From Magallana gigas (taxonomy: Eukaryota): 64,000 nucleotides of DNA. Under the pieces are notes generated by a model that worked only from the letters and a program-made list of their open reading frames with translations, had not been told where the DNA came from and ran no database searches. Below are positions 39,601 through 49,845 of this stretch, piece after piece. The stretch's first letter is position 1. Every line of letters starts with the position of its first letter. Location of the stretch: assembly GCF_963853765.1 (NCBI RefSeq), contig NC_088858.1:51150001-51214000 (forward strand). The letters are read 5' to 3'. Made by a program: the position numbers and the translations under genes.

Positions 39601-40279
39601 GTGGTTTGGGACACAAGCCTCATTAAAATTTATCGTCATCATATTTTCCAATAGATGAATAATGAACATCAACATCACAGTGTCTCGATGACTTTGAATT
39701 TCTGATGAGTTACATGGTTCTGGATATTTTCCTATTCATACCGCCTAGTAAAACACCATATCATATATAGTTAATGCACATTTATAATATTTCTTGCCGT
39801 TAGATAACCTATTAAACCATTTTACAATATTACTTATTATTCTTTGCCAATTTGAGATAGATACCTATTAATTTTGATTAATGTTAACACATTTAATATA
39901 GTACTAGTATATAATAAAAGATTTTATTAATTCTCGGACACTTTGGGTCGAATGTGAAATGCATGTACATGTACAATAAACTGTATTTGTCTTTAGATGA
40001 ATGGAAATTGTGATGACAGATATTTACAAATCTCCTCGCCTTACATGTAGTTACTTCCCTTCTTTCGCTGATCTTAGACATGATTTTTTGACAGTTTGTG
40101 TGACCTTCACGGAGAGTGTCCTTGGAAAGGTCACTGTCGATGACGACAGAGAATGTGACGACATTCCTCATGACATCACTTTTGCACCTGTGTATCCGTA
40201 CCATTCTCTCTCCAACAAAACAGACAGTTTCCAGGTGAAAAGTTCGCCAAAGCCTGGGGACAATGGTTTCAAGAGATAG
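33643..40279 (+). CDS. Alpha-arrestin / arrestin domain-containing protein (ARRDC3-like), 399 aa
   Basis: Seven exons: 33643-33763, 35212-35352, 35630-35853, 37040-37222, 37857-38039, 38441-38603, 40095-40279 (1200 nt, phases consistent). Motifs MGKLDRFDIVFENPDGV, GHHSLPFEFHLPADCPTSYEGSIGRVRYYV, TLCCLCCKSGPISA, GFVPGEGIPIHVEIENRS, LIIPSVPPSYLIGCDIIEISY. Confidence 0.93.
36170..36695. mobile_element. Decayed foldback/MITE in ARRDC intron 3
   Basis: Three symmetric anchor pairs share a centre near 36432: 36203-36217/36648-36662 (perfect 15 bp), 36273-36288/36575-36590, and 36327-36342/36521-36536. Confidence 0.75.
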
Positions 40280-41210
40280 GACAGGCCTTGTCAATGTTTG
40301 TCTTCATATAAAGTGTTGAATTTGCCAAGACAGCATGAATTCTCGTATACCACAAGTGATACGTTGTATCTCTGCGCGTGCTTCACGACACGTGACATTA
40401 GGGCACCTGACGTGATGACGTTCTGTCTGTTAATGGAGACGTTGGCTGTAGAACGGCTTTTTGGTGACAGTGGTGTGTATCGCTGTTTAGACATTGAGAA
40501 TGAGCGGGTTCTGGTGAATTCCTGACGTTGGAAAGGATTGTGACGCTATGGAAACGCAGAAAAAAGATTTACTTTGTATATACTAGTAATCCAGGCAAAT
40601 CCTAATCTTTATTTTTTATAAGTAACCATGAATACTATTAATAATTTTGCGTTGATAAATGTGATTTTGTACAATAAATTATATTACTTTTTTCTATCTG
40701 CACTTTTACAGCAATACAAAGACAACAGACATACATCACAAAGAAACGTCTCAAATGTGTTTACTACAAGTATAAATTAAAACACATCTAGTATTTCCCA
40801 GATTATTGCAGTTTTAATGGCAATAAACATCGCGTTCTGCATTCATATGTTCCCTGTGAACATCTGACTCTCTTTGAGATGACAAAGGTTCCTGTAATAA
40901 CTTTCAGGTATTGATCTGCTGCCAACACTGTGATGTATGGCCGTGTTACAAACTTTAATTTTACAAGCACACATATCTATTGTTCAAACTGTTTCATGGT
41001 ATATTTATTTTGTCAAATGTACGTACTTTGGACTAAAAAGAAATATACTTTTGAAAAACCCAAATGTCATTAACCAAATGAAAAGGAACTCCTGCGTGTC
41101 GTGGCAAAACGCTTTCATGTTATACATGTATAAAACAACAATAGAACTCGAAATTTTTTTTTAAAAATATCGTCGACAACGCTTGCTTTGTTTTAAGTTA
41201 ATATAATTTT

Positions 41211-42990
41211 AAACAAGAGGCCCAAGGACCTTAACGGTCACCTGAGGATTAAGCAACAACGTTAACGATTTATAGAATTGCAATTTAATAATTAAATAAA
41301 GTTGCATCATAAAGTGGTATAGGAGAATGTTGCTCGTTCACAAAATTCACAGAAAAATGAAGAATTCATAAAATGATTGGTTCTGACATTCTCTTATCCA
41401 TAATTGGAGTTGAATGTTCGGAAAACTTAAAATTATCCAAACTATTTATTTTATGAATCCTTAAGTTTTACATTTTAAATATTGAACTCCATTTAATAAC
41501 AAAAGAACAGAGATTTATAGAATTCCTTAATAATATGACCTCGTTGGGCAGATTTCCAAAAAAGGCAAAGAAACCCCTAAATTGCGCTCAATTTTCGTGC
41601 CAGAGGGAGGTAGACCAAAAAATTCTAAATTATATTATTATTTGAAGGGGAACTACGTTATACTCCTCAAGTAGAAAAACGAAACAAAAATTAAATCGTC
41701 ATGGATTTTCTGACGTTTGGTAGATAGAAAACTTATCTCATAGAGTACTTGATCCATATTTTTTTTTCAAGATAAAGCCATTCATATTAAAAAGTCAGTT
41801 TATAGATCTGCAATATTGAAGTTATTGGAAATTCATAACAAAAAAAAACCAAAGGGGGGTAGTAGCTTATAACATGGGCAAAGATTTTAAATATCTAAAT
41901 CAAATACTTAGTACTCTTGAATCAGAGTTATCATAGAACAGTATTAATTACGAATGTTTTCCCTTAATAATTAGTAAAACCATGACCTAAAACCAGGAAC
42001 TCCTCATCCAAGGTCCAGGGGGTAATTAATTCCACAGTTTGGTGGACATCTTCTCTCATCAATCTAAACATATGCTCCGTTTGTCTGCTAAATGCCCAAA
42101 AGTAAAGTATAGTTTGTATAAATTGTTGCATATTCACCATCACACTAGGCCTCTTTGATTATCCTATGACTCAATAATAACAACCGTATGACCACGGACC
42201 CCTTCATTTAAATTCCTACCCACTACTTGACTACCACAAATACAAAAAACATGCCCCAAAATACAAACCAATAATAAAAAACCATGCCCCAAAATTTTAT
42301 TAAAAGTCAATACAAACCAATACAAAAACCATGCCTCAGAAAATATTACAAGTCAATACAAACCAATACAAAAACCATGCCTCAGAAATTATTACAAGTC
42401 AATACAAACCAATACAAAAACAATGCCCGGAATTTATTACAAGACAATACAAACCAATACAAAAACCATGCCCGAATTTATTACAAGTCAAAACAAACCA
42501 ATGCAAAAACCATGTCCAGAGTTTATTACAAGACAATACAAACCATTGCAAAAACAATGCCCAGAATTTATTACAAGTCAATACAAACCATTACAAAAAA
42601 ACACGCTCCAAAATTTATAAGAAGACTTCCCGCTCACCCAACCCCTGTGCTTTAATTTGCTTTCTAGTTGCTTATATGTAGTAGTAGAGAAAAGGCTTTT
42701 AAAAGAATTAATTATGCACGTTAACTTTATTACCCAGGAGCCCCGCACTAACACCAGAATTCTTGACTCTGGGACTGGACTCTGGCAATTTTAGGAGAGG
42801 CCTCGTTCAATAATACATGTATAATCTGTGTCCTTAGTTTATTTGCTAAATATCAAGTAGTAGAGAAGAAGATGTTCAAAGACGTAATGCATATTGACTG
42901 TATGACCACTGGAGCCCCAGCCTGGCATCAGAGCGCCAAACTCGAGGACCTCAGACTTCACAAATATTGTGGAGGCTTCCATGCTAATCA
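41211..42990 (+). mobile_element. Helentron/HINE-like non-autonomous element with internal satellite-like units
   Basis: Starts AAACAAGAGGCCCAAGGACCTTAACGGTCACCTGAG, which resembles the 5' head of bivalve Helentron-associated elements (from memory). It contains diverged repeat units of roughly 170 bp (TAGTAGAGAA(A/G)AAG...TTAAA...ATGCA) and a nested 45-bp array. The right boundary is uncertain. Confidence 0.5.
42240..42620. repeat. 45-bp minisatellite (AATACAAACCAATACAAAAACCATGCCCAGAATTTATTACAAGTC), about 8 copies
   Basis: Directly visible; it explains four overlapping spurious ORFs in the track. Confidence 0.92.
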
Positions 42991-43504
42991 TGATATTTTT
43001 ATTTTTGGTATTTAAATAAGGGGATTACAAACCACAGTACGTATTGTTTTACCGCCTACATTAGAGCAATTTTATCTATTGATTAGGTTGGGTTTTTTTC
43101 TTCATTTGATGCTAATTTGCATTTTGGTTAACAAAGAAAGATAACTTGTTAATGTTGCGTTTTTAAAACTGTCCCGCTTATAAATTATATTTTACTGAAC
43201 TTGGGTTTTATATATAACCCGGGATGTTGTGAAACGCAACTTGTGGGTCTCCCAAATCTGTACCAAATTGGTACCAAAGAAAACTCAAAGTCAGGATTCA
43301 AATAAAATATAGATATTTCAGTTTATTAAATGACGATAGTCCCAAGACTCTGGGAGTGTAAATATAACATTAATGAATTCCCAACTTGATGGGATTAAAA
43401 TACAAATATTATAAATAGCCAAAACCCTTAATAAATATAGTTCTAAATCCCGCTTAACCGTGCGGGAGTCCCGTTCCTATAATAATACTCCCACTGTAGC
43501 CTAA

Positions 43505-43860
43505 TATACTTAAGTATAATAGCGAGCGCAGCGAGGCGGCGCGAAGCGCCGCTCGCGTAGCGAGCTCCATAGACAACGTGTACGAACGGAGGAAATTCGA
43601 GTTGAAATCTGCACATTGTTCAGAGAAAATTTTGTGGACCCGCGTGAAAACGTTCTACTATGCCAGCACTCGGAACTACTCGGATGTCTCGCGCACTCGA
43701 CATTAACCTCGGACGTCATGCGATGGCTTCCATAGCACGCTTTGAATGTTGGGAAAGGAACTACTTTTAACCTAGTTTCGGTTTCACTTTTACTTTTACC
43801 GAAGTCACATTTTTTGTTATTCTTATGGAGACTCCGCTAAAACTTATTCCATTAAGTTCT
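43505..43860 (-). mobile_element. Terminus of a Helitron/Helentron-like element with a GC-rich terminal hairpin
   Basis: Abrupt CpG-rich block with hairpin GCGGCGC-GAA-GCGCCGC (43536-43552), about 20 nt from a 14-bp palindrome TATACTTAAGTATA (43505-43518) at the boundary. The superfamily is inferred. Confidence 0.5.
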
Positions 43861-44199
43861 TGTTTGCTATGTGCGTCTTCTGCCAGAAGGCTGCACTCAT
43901 TTACAAAATAAAAGGTAAAAAAAATGAGAACTACCAAAACACAGTGGAGGATTTCTTAGGTAATATTTTAATTATGAACAACTGATGAATTGAATTATGA
44001 ATTGAACAGGTCCAGAATATTGAGAATAATATCTTGATTTAGCTGATAACATGAATTAGATATAAAGCTTTTTAAGCTATTGATAATTGCTAGATAAAAC
44101 TACATATATAAAAAGCTATAGTAGTTAGGTTATTTAAGTCATATAGCTAAATCAAGAGATAGTACTGGACCTGTTGAATAGATGAAAAAACAACTCCAA

Positions 44200-45050
44200 G
44201 AAAGAACCAATTTTTTCTATTTTAGCATTAACAAATGGCTATACTGAAATGCTTATGAGACCCCATAAATGTTTCAGAATTGTTACCTAAACCCTCATTT
44301 ATCCTTTATTACAATAATACATGTACCAAGAATTAAACAGCTTTAGTTAAATGAAAAATCATTTAATTAAGAAATTATATCCCCAGGAAAGAACCCATAT
44401 TCTTCAGTTTAACGTTCAAAAATGGATATAGTTAAACGCTTAGTAGACCCCCAAAAACTTTTGGGATTAAGACTTACACCCTCATTTCTCCTTTACTACA
44501 TAAATACAAAGAAATAATCAGCATTAGTTTCAGGAAAAATTCTTTCATTTAGAAATTATACCCCCCTGAGACAATCCATAATTTTCAATTTATTGTTGAA
44601 AATCGGTATAGTTAATCACTTAAGAAACTCCCTAAATCTTTTGGGATCAATATTTGTTCCCTAATTTATCCTATATCACATCAATACAAAGTAATAAACA
44701 CCTTTACCTTTAGGAAAAATCCCTTTATTTTGAAATTAAACCCCATCAGAAAACCCATAATTTTCATTTTTAATATCTTTGAAAAATCAGTATCGTTAAC
44801 CACTAAGTAAACCCCTTAATCTTAATAGATCAGTATTTATATCCTAATTTATCCTAAGTTACATTGATACAAAGAAGTAATGACCATTAGTTTAGAGGAT
44901 AATTGTATTATTTTGAACTTACACCCCTGTAGGAAAGCCATTGTTATGAATTTATCATTTAAAAATCTATATTCTTAATCACTTTGCTTTGGTATTTTTT
45001 TCTTTTAATCCTCTCTTTTATCTTAATTTATATCTTGGGTACAGTTACCT
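44200..45050. repeat. Diverged satellite-like array of about 180 bp, about 4.7 units
   Basis: CC(C)T(C/A)ATTT(A/C)TCCT anchors at about 44291, 44478, 44658, 44841 and 45020 (spacings 179-187). Confidence 0.8.
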
Positions 45051-45075
45051 GAAAGTAGAAACAGGATGAAATTTA

Positions 45076-45201
45076 ATGCATTTAGCTATAAGTTCAGTAT
45101 CCACCCCTTCAGGTACACTACTGAGATGGTTTTCTCCATGCATTTAGCTATAAGTTCAGTATCCACCCCTTCAGGTACACTACCGAGATGGTTTTCTCCA
45201 T
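45076..45201. repeat. Tandem duplication, 2 x 62 bp
   Basis: ATGCATTTAGCTATAAGTTCAGTATCC...GGTTTTCTCC occurs twice with one mismatch. Confidence 0.92.
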
Positions 45202-45499
45202 ATGCTGAAGGATTATCAGCTAAATAACCTTTAAACCGTTTATTTTTTGTTTTTAAGTAGTACAGTTCCATGACTATGCACGAGGGTTCGATTCCCTCCC
45301 TAGGCATTATGGAACAGAAAGCTGGTGCAAAGCGGGCAGATAGCCTAGTGGCCCCGCATAGTCAGAGCTGTAATTATAATCATGATAGAATAAATTGATT
45401 CAAAAACATTTAAAGTGCTTCTTAGAGAAAATGACACAAATAGAAGTGTTGTGCTTGATAAAAGTTAACCATTAGATTGTACATGTATCACCTATTTTC

Positions 45500-45574
45500 T
45501 GTTGATAGTGGGAATTGAACCCACTCCTTTTCCTGGGGGGTAACAGGAAATGTGCTCGAATACACCATATCAGC
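45500..45574 (-). pseudogene. tRNA-like cloverleaf (pseudo-tRNA or SINE head)
   Basis: Minus strand GCTGATA-TG-GTGT-ATTCGA-GCAC-A-TTTCCTG-TTACCCCC-CAGGAAA-AGGA-GTGGG-TTCAATT-CCCAC-TATCAAC-A. Acceptor stem 6/7 pairs, 4-bp D stem, perfect 5-bp T stem with a 7-nt loop, but a non-canonical anticodon arm. Confidence 0.55.
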
Positions 45575-45602
45575 TTTATTGGTGATTATGTAATCTAATT
45601 AA

Positions 45603-45605
<3 letters not shown>

Positions 45606-45634
<29 letters not shown>
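45606..45634. repeat. (AG)14 microsatellite
   Basis: Directly visible. Confidence 0.95.
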
Positions 45635-45636
<2 letters not shown>

Positions 45637-45820
45637 TCTTTGAAAGTAGTTCAGTTCAATGACTATGTACGAGGGTTCGATTCCCTCCCTAATAGATATT
45701 GATTATTGTAGCTGGCTTGGTCATCGAATCGAATCAAATCTTTGATACTGATGAAGATTTTTCTTCAATGTTGGTTCTTCAACATAAGAACTGTAAAATA
45801 TACAACGTTTATTAGTAAAA

Positions 45821-46083
45821 ATTTCCCACCGTCCTGGGAAATATGAATATTTCCAGCTTTTTTGCCAGTATAAACTTGACAACTGCTAAAAGCTGACAAG
45901 GTGTACTATTGTCTACATCCCTACAGATTTGATTAAGACTAATGTCTAAGTTTGAAGTACTATAATATGTAGTTGTACCTTATTTCCCAGTAATTCCCGG
46001 GAATTACCAGTATTTCCCACCGTCCTGGGAAATATGAGTATTTCCCGCTTTTTTGCCAGTATAAACTTGACAACTGCTAAAAG
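45821..46083. repeat. Dispersed direct repeat of 72 bp (45821-45892 and 46012-46083)
   Basis: ATTTCCCACCGTCCTGGGAAATATGA...CAACTGCTAAAAG occurs twice with 2 mismatches. Confidence 0.92.
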
Positions 46084-46204
46084 TCAAATTAGTTTACTTC
46101 CAGCATATCCCGGTAGTATGTGTTTGTATAAAAGTCACAGAACTGTCACATACACTATACAGTAGTACACACTTGCTGTTCAAGTACTGTACCGGTATGT
46201 CACT

Positions 46205-46318
46205 ACCACAGGCACTTGTTTCAAACAGGAGGTCTATTAACTATACACAATAACATGTTATTATAAATGTTATTTTGTATAGTTGATAGACCTCCTGTAT
46301 GAAACAACTGCCTGTGGT
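46205..46318. repeat. Inverted repeat, 43-bp arms (3 mismatches), 28-nt spacer
   Basis: ACCACAGGCACTTGTTTCAAACAGGAGGTCTATTAACTATACA vs TGTATAGTTGATAGACCTCCTGTATGAAACAACTGCCTGTGGT. Confidence 0.9.
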
Positions 46319-46938
46319 TAATACATATTTATAATAATATATGTATATACATGTAGAACATGTATATGATAAAATCATTAATTCCACTTTGGACCACTTA
46401 GGGTATAAAGTACATGTACAATTGTGCAGATAAAAGTAAAACATAATTGGAAGGAAATATAATTATATTGATAATGATACACTGTATTACATTTGGGGAT
46501 GATACTGCACAACTGAGGATTAGTATATATCACAAGATGTTCAGTATTATATGATTTACTTTGTGTGACTTTAAATACCGGGTATTCTGAAACTATTTTT
46601 ATGATTTTTTCTGTTCACAGTTGAAAAATATAGCTTCACCCGAGTGCGACTTTTAGTACTTATGCCCAATTAAAACAAAAGTATGATTGAGTAGCTAAAA
46701 AAACCTACTTTAGGTAGGTAAATAAAGCTATGTAGGTAAATCTTGTGATTGTTCTGGACCTGCATATATTTGAGATAACTTATAAAACTATGAATAAATA
46801 TCTTTTATGCATGAAGGTTTTTCTGTAGATCGTCTCAGGTATAATAATATCTATCGATATAGAAATTTATTAGGCTAATGTAAACTTGATAACTTTGGTT
46901 CATTGTACAACCAGTCTCTGGTACAAATCAACACCTAC

Positions 46939-47302
46939 CTTTTGACCGCATCGAAGGTTTTAACACCTGTTCCTTCAATATTAAGATAACAGGCATTTAT
47001 ACCAAGTTTTGATAGCGATCGAACTTGATCCTGCATGATAGAATTTAAAGGCGTGACTATCAAACAGTGAAACTAATCATGGGTTGCTGTTGACCGAGTT
47101 TCCTCTGAAACAGGAAGGGAAGGAGCTGAAATATAATACTTTTACCAAACCCAGTGGGTAAAACTGCCATTGTATCATGCCCCTCGTATAATGATTTTAA
47201 TGTCTGTATCTGTTTTTCCTTCAGTTCGAAGTTGATATTTACACATTCTTTTGCAAACTCCAGCGCTTCATCAAAATCACATTGTATACTAGATGCAGCC
47301 AT
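46939..47302 (-). pseudogene. Frameshifted RecQ-type (SF2) helicase fragment, probably transposon-derived (AcademH/KolobokH-like)
   Basis: ORF 47302-47060 has motif 0/I: LKEKQIQTLKSLYEGHDTMAVLPTGFGKSIIFQLLP. After a frameshift near 47070 another frame gives motif Ia, CLIVTPLNSIMQDQVRSLSKLGINA, ending at a donor AAG|GTAGGT at 46938. No downstream helicase exons were found. Confidence 0.8.
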
Positions 47303-47329
47303 CTAATTACTCGTAAAACAACTGAGTAA

Positions 47330-47494
<165 letters not shown>

Positions 47495-49239
47495 TAAGGA
47501 AAATTCTTACCTGTAAATCGCATACATCATTTTCATTTAACAATAAAAAATCCGTTTAAAACCATTAAAGTAAACAACACATATGCTTACGTAAAAAACT
47601 GTACCTATGACGTCATTTCCTTCCCCGAATTTGTCCGACAGTTTACGAAAACTGTCGAGCGCAAAAAGTTAACTATGACGTCACAGTGATCTCGCGTTTT
47701 ATATTCCCGCGATACATTTAGAGGTGGATCAAGCATCTGTACTAAATGTAACGTGTAGGAAGTACTCAGTATATAGGGAGTCACCGTTAGTACTGATACT
47801 GCGCTCGCTATTAACGGTGACTCTTTGGCTGATTAGTTTTGTTTTGATGATTTTTTTTTTGCTCAGTAAATACACATGCAAGTTCCATGCTAAATTTATT
47901 GTCATATTGATCTAATCATTATACGTTAGGTAGGTGACAAAAATTATTAAAAAAGAAAAGTCTAATCGTTATTAGATCTACGTGTAGCCACGTCATTTTG
48001 TAATGAATAAATAAAAGAAAAAAATTAAACTGTAAAAATATCTACATGTATTTGTTATAGTTGCATATGTGGTCAAACCTTTCAATAATATTGGAGATCA
48101 CACACTAAAAAGAGGGGGAGGGCACATATGTCTACAACGCTTATATAGCGTACAAAAATTAAAAAGATTAAAAACAAAATTGATGTCACACAGGAAAAAA
48201 ATTAAAACAAGGAACAAAATGAGAAATAACACAGACACACAATTTATTGATTTTAATGATCATTATTAAAAGGTAAAGTAGAGATAAAAAATAAAAAAAA
48301 ACGGCTTTGTGTTTATCAAAATATTTTAATAAGTCTGTTTAACATTTTATTAATGCTCAGTGGTAGTTTTTTGTTTAAGTGTATAAGCCTAGGAAGGGAC
48401 CATTGGAATAAAAGTTTGATATCTTCCGGTTCCTTGTGGTGGTAAAAGTTTTCGAGACAAAGCCAAATTTTTTTTGGTTTGGTTAAGTCCACGGGTTGCA
48501 TTTAACAATGATGACATATGTGTGGCTCCTTCTGCGCTCGCCCCAACGGTCACACCGTAAAACATACAAATAAGATTATTTCATCAGCACCCACTGCTAA
48601 ATTATTAAGCATTTACTCAACCGGATATTTCCTCGGTCATTTCCAATGTGTGGCTGTTGTCCAGAAGTGGACTTGACCGTCTGCCCAAAAATCAGCTGGC
48701 AGGCAGTTATAAAGCATCGGGCTCGGCCGTTATGACGTCATACCGCATGCTATACAAACCCGCCATTATAGGGAAAGCAGAAAACAAAATGGGAGAACTG
48801 AAACACGTGAATAACGGCGTTTTGACGATATGTATTATCGAAAGGCAATAGAGGGAGTTGTGATTGAGGAACTTAATGAAACGAAAGGGTTTAAACGATG
48901 CATGGAACTATAAATAAGACCAAATGTATCGTCGAGGAAACTCGGGTAATTCACTCCCGTTAGTTATGACGATACCTCGGTAATATTTTATCAGTATATA
49001 TCAATGTGATTTAATATCATAAAACATTAATCATAATTTAATTATTTTCCCTTGTATGAATTGTGTGGGTTTTCACTTCTTAGTTTATTAACGCTTTTAG
49101 GGATATGAATGGTATGACAGATGTACGAATTTATTTTCGTACCATTAATTTGGTTAAGTATTGAGTTTATAATATTTGTCATATACACGGATTTACACCT
49201 AGCAAAAAATATTTTCTTTGATTTATTTCGATATTTTAA

Positions 49240-49845
49240 AGCTGCTTGGTCCGATTTTATATCGAATTTTATGCACGCTTTTAAACGATGGTTATGCTAT
49301 GTATATCTATAATAATAGACATTGCAGTAGTTTTCCCAATCAAGCCAAATTTCAATGAAGAAAAATACGTACAAAATTGCTAACAAAACAAACGACATAA
49401 AAGGGTACCGCGTTATTTCGCCTCGTGTTAAAGTTCACCCCTGACGACGAGACGGTATGGTTGTATTACGACTTTGACATCGCTTTAAATAAAGGTCGAA
49501 ATGATCAGACAAATTACAAATAAACATGTGTACGTTTTGTTCGCTAATATTTCTGAAGTTTGCCTTCTTTACAATCGATGCATAGCATGCGGGTTGAATA
49601 ACCCCAATTATTCGGGGGACGAAACAAAACGGTTTCCTTTTCTAAACATCCCGTGATGCATTTTGGTTTGTTTTTTCGTTTGCCCAAAAAGAAATTATTT
49701 TTATTTACTTTGAATATTTCTAACTTTGAAAGGAGACTGATTCTGCTGCTGTAAATAGGAGAAAGTCCATAACTTTCTAAGATAAATGGTTTGTATAGAA
49801 AAAAAATTTGATACTGTAATAACAAAAAAATCGGACCAAGCAGCT
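49240..49845. mobile_element. Non-autonomous Kolobok-type DNA transposon, 606 bp
   Basis: Perfect 19-bp TIRs AGCTGCTTGGTCCGATTTT / AAAATCGGACCAAGCAGCT, flanked by TTAA on both sides (49236-49239 and 49846-49849). RR..YY termini with a TTAA TSD are the Kolobok signature. Confidence 0.85.

Noticed and set aside
42284-42681. Four overlapping 60-123 aa ORFs
   Set aside because: They arise from the 45-bp minisatellite, which is open in several frames.
45500-45574. Functional tRNA gene
   Set aside because: The anticodon arm is non-canonical (7-bp stem, 8-nt loop), the D-loop lacks the GG, and the acceptor stem has a mismatch. Kept only as tRNA-like.
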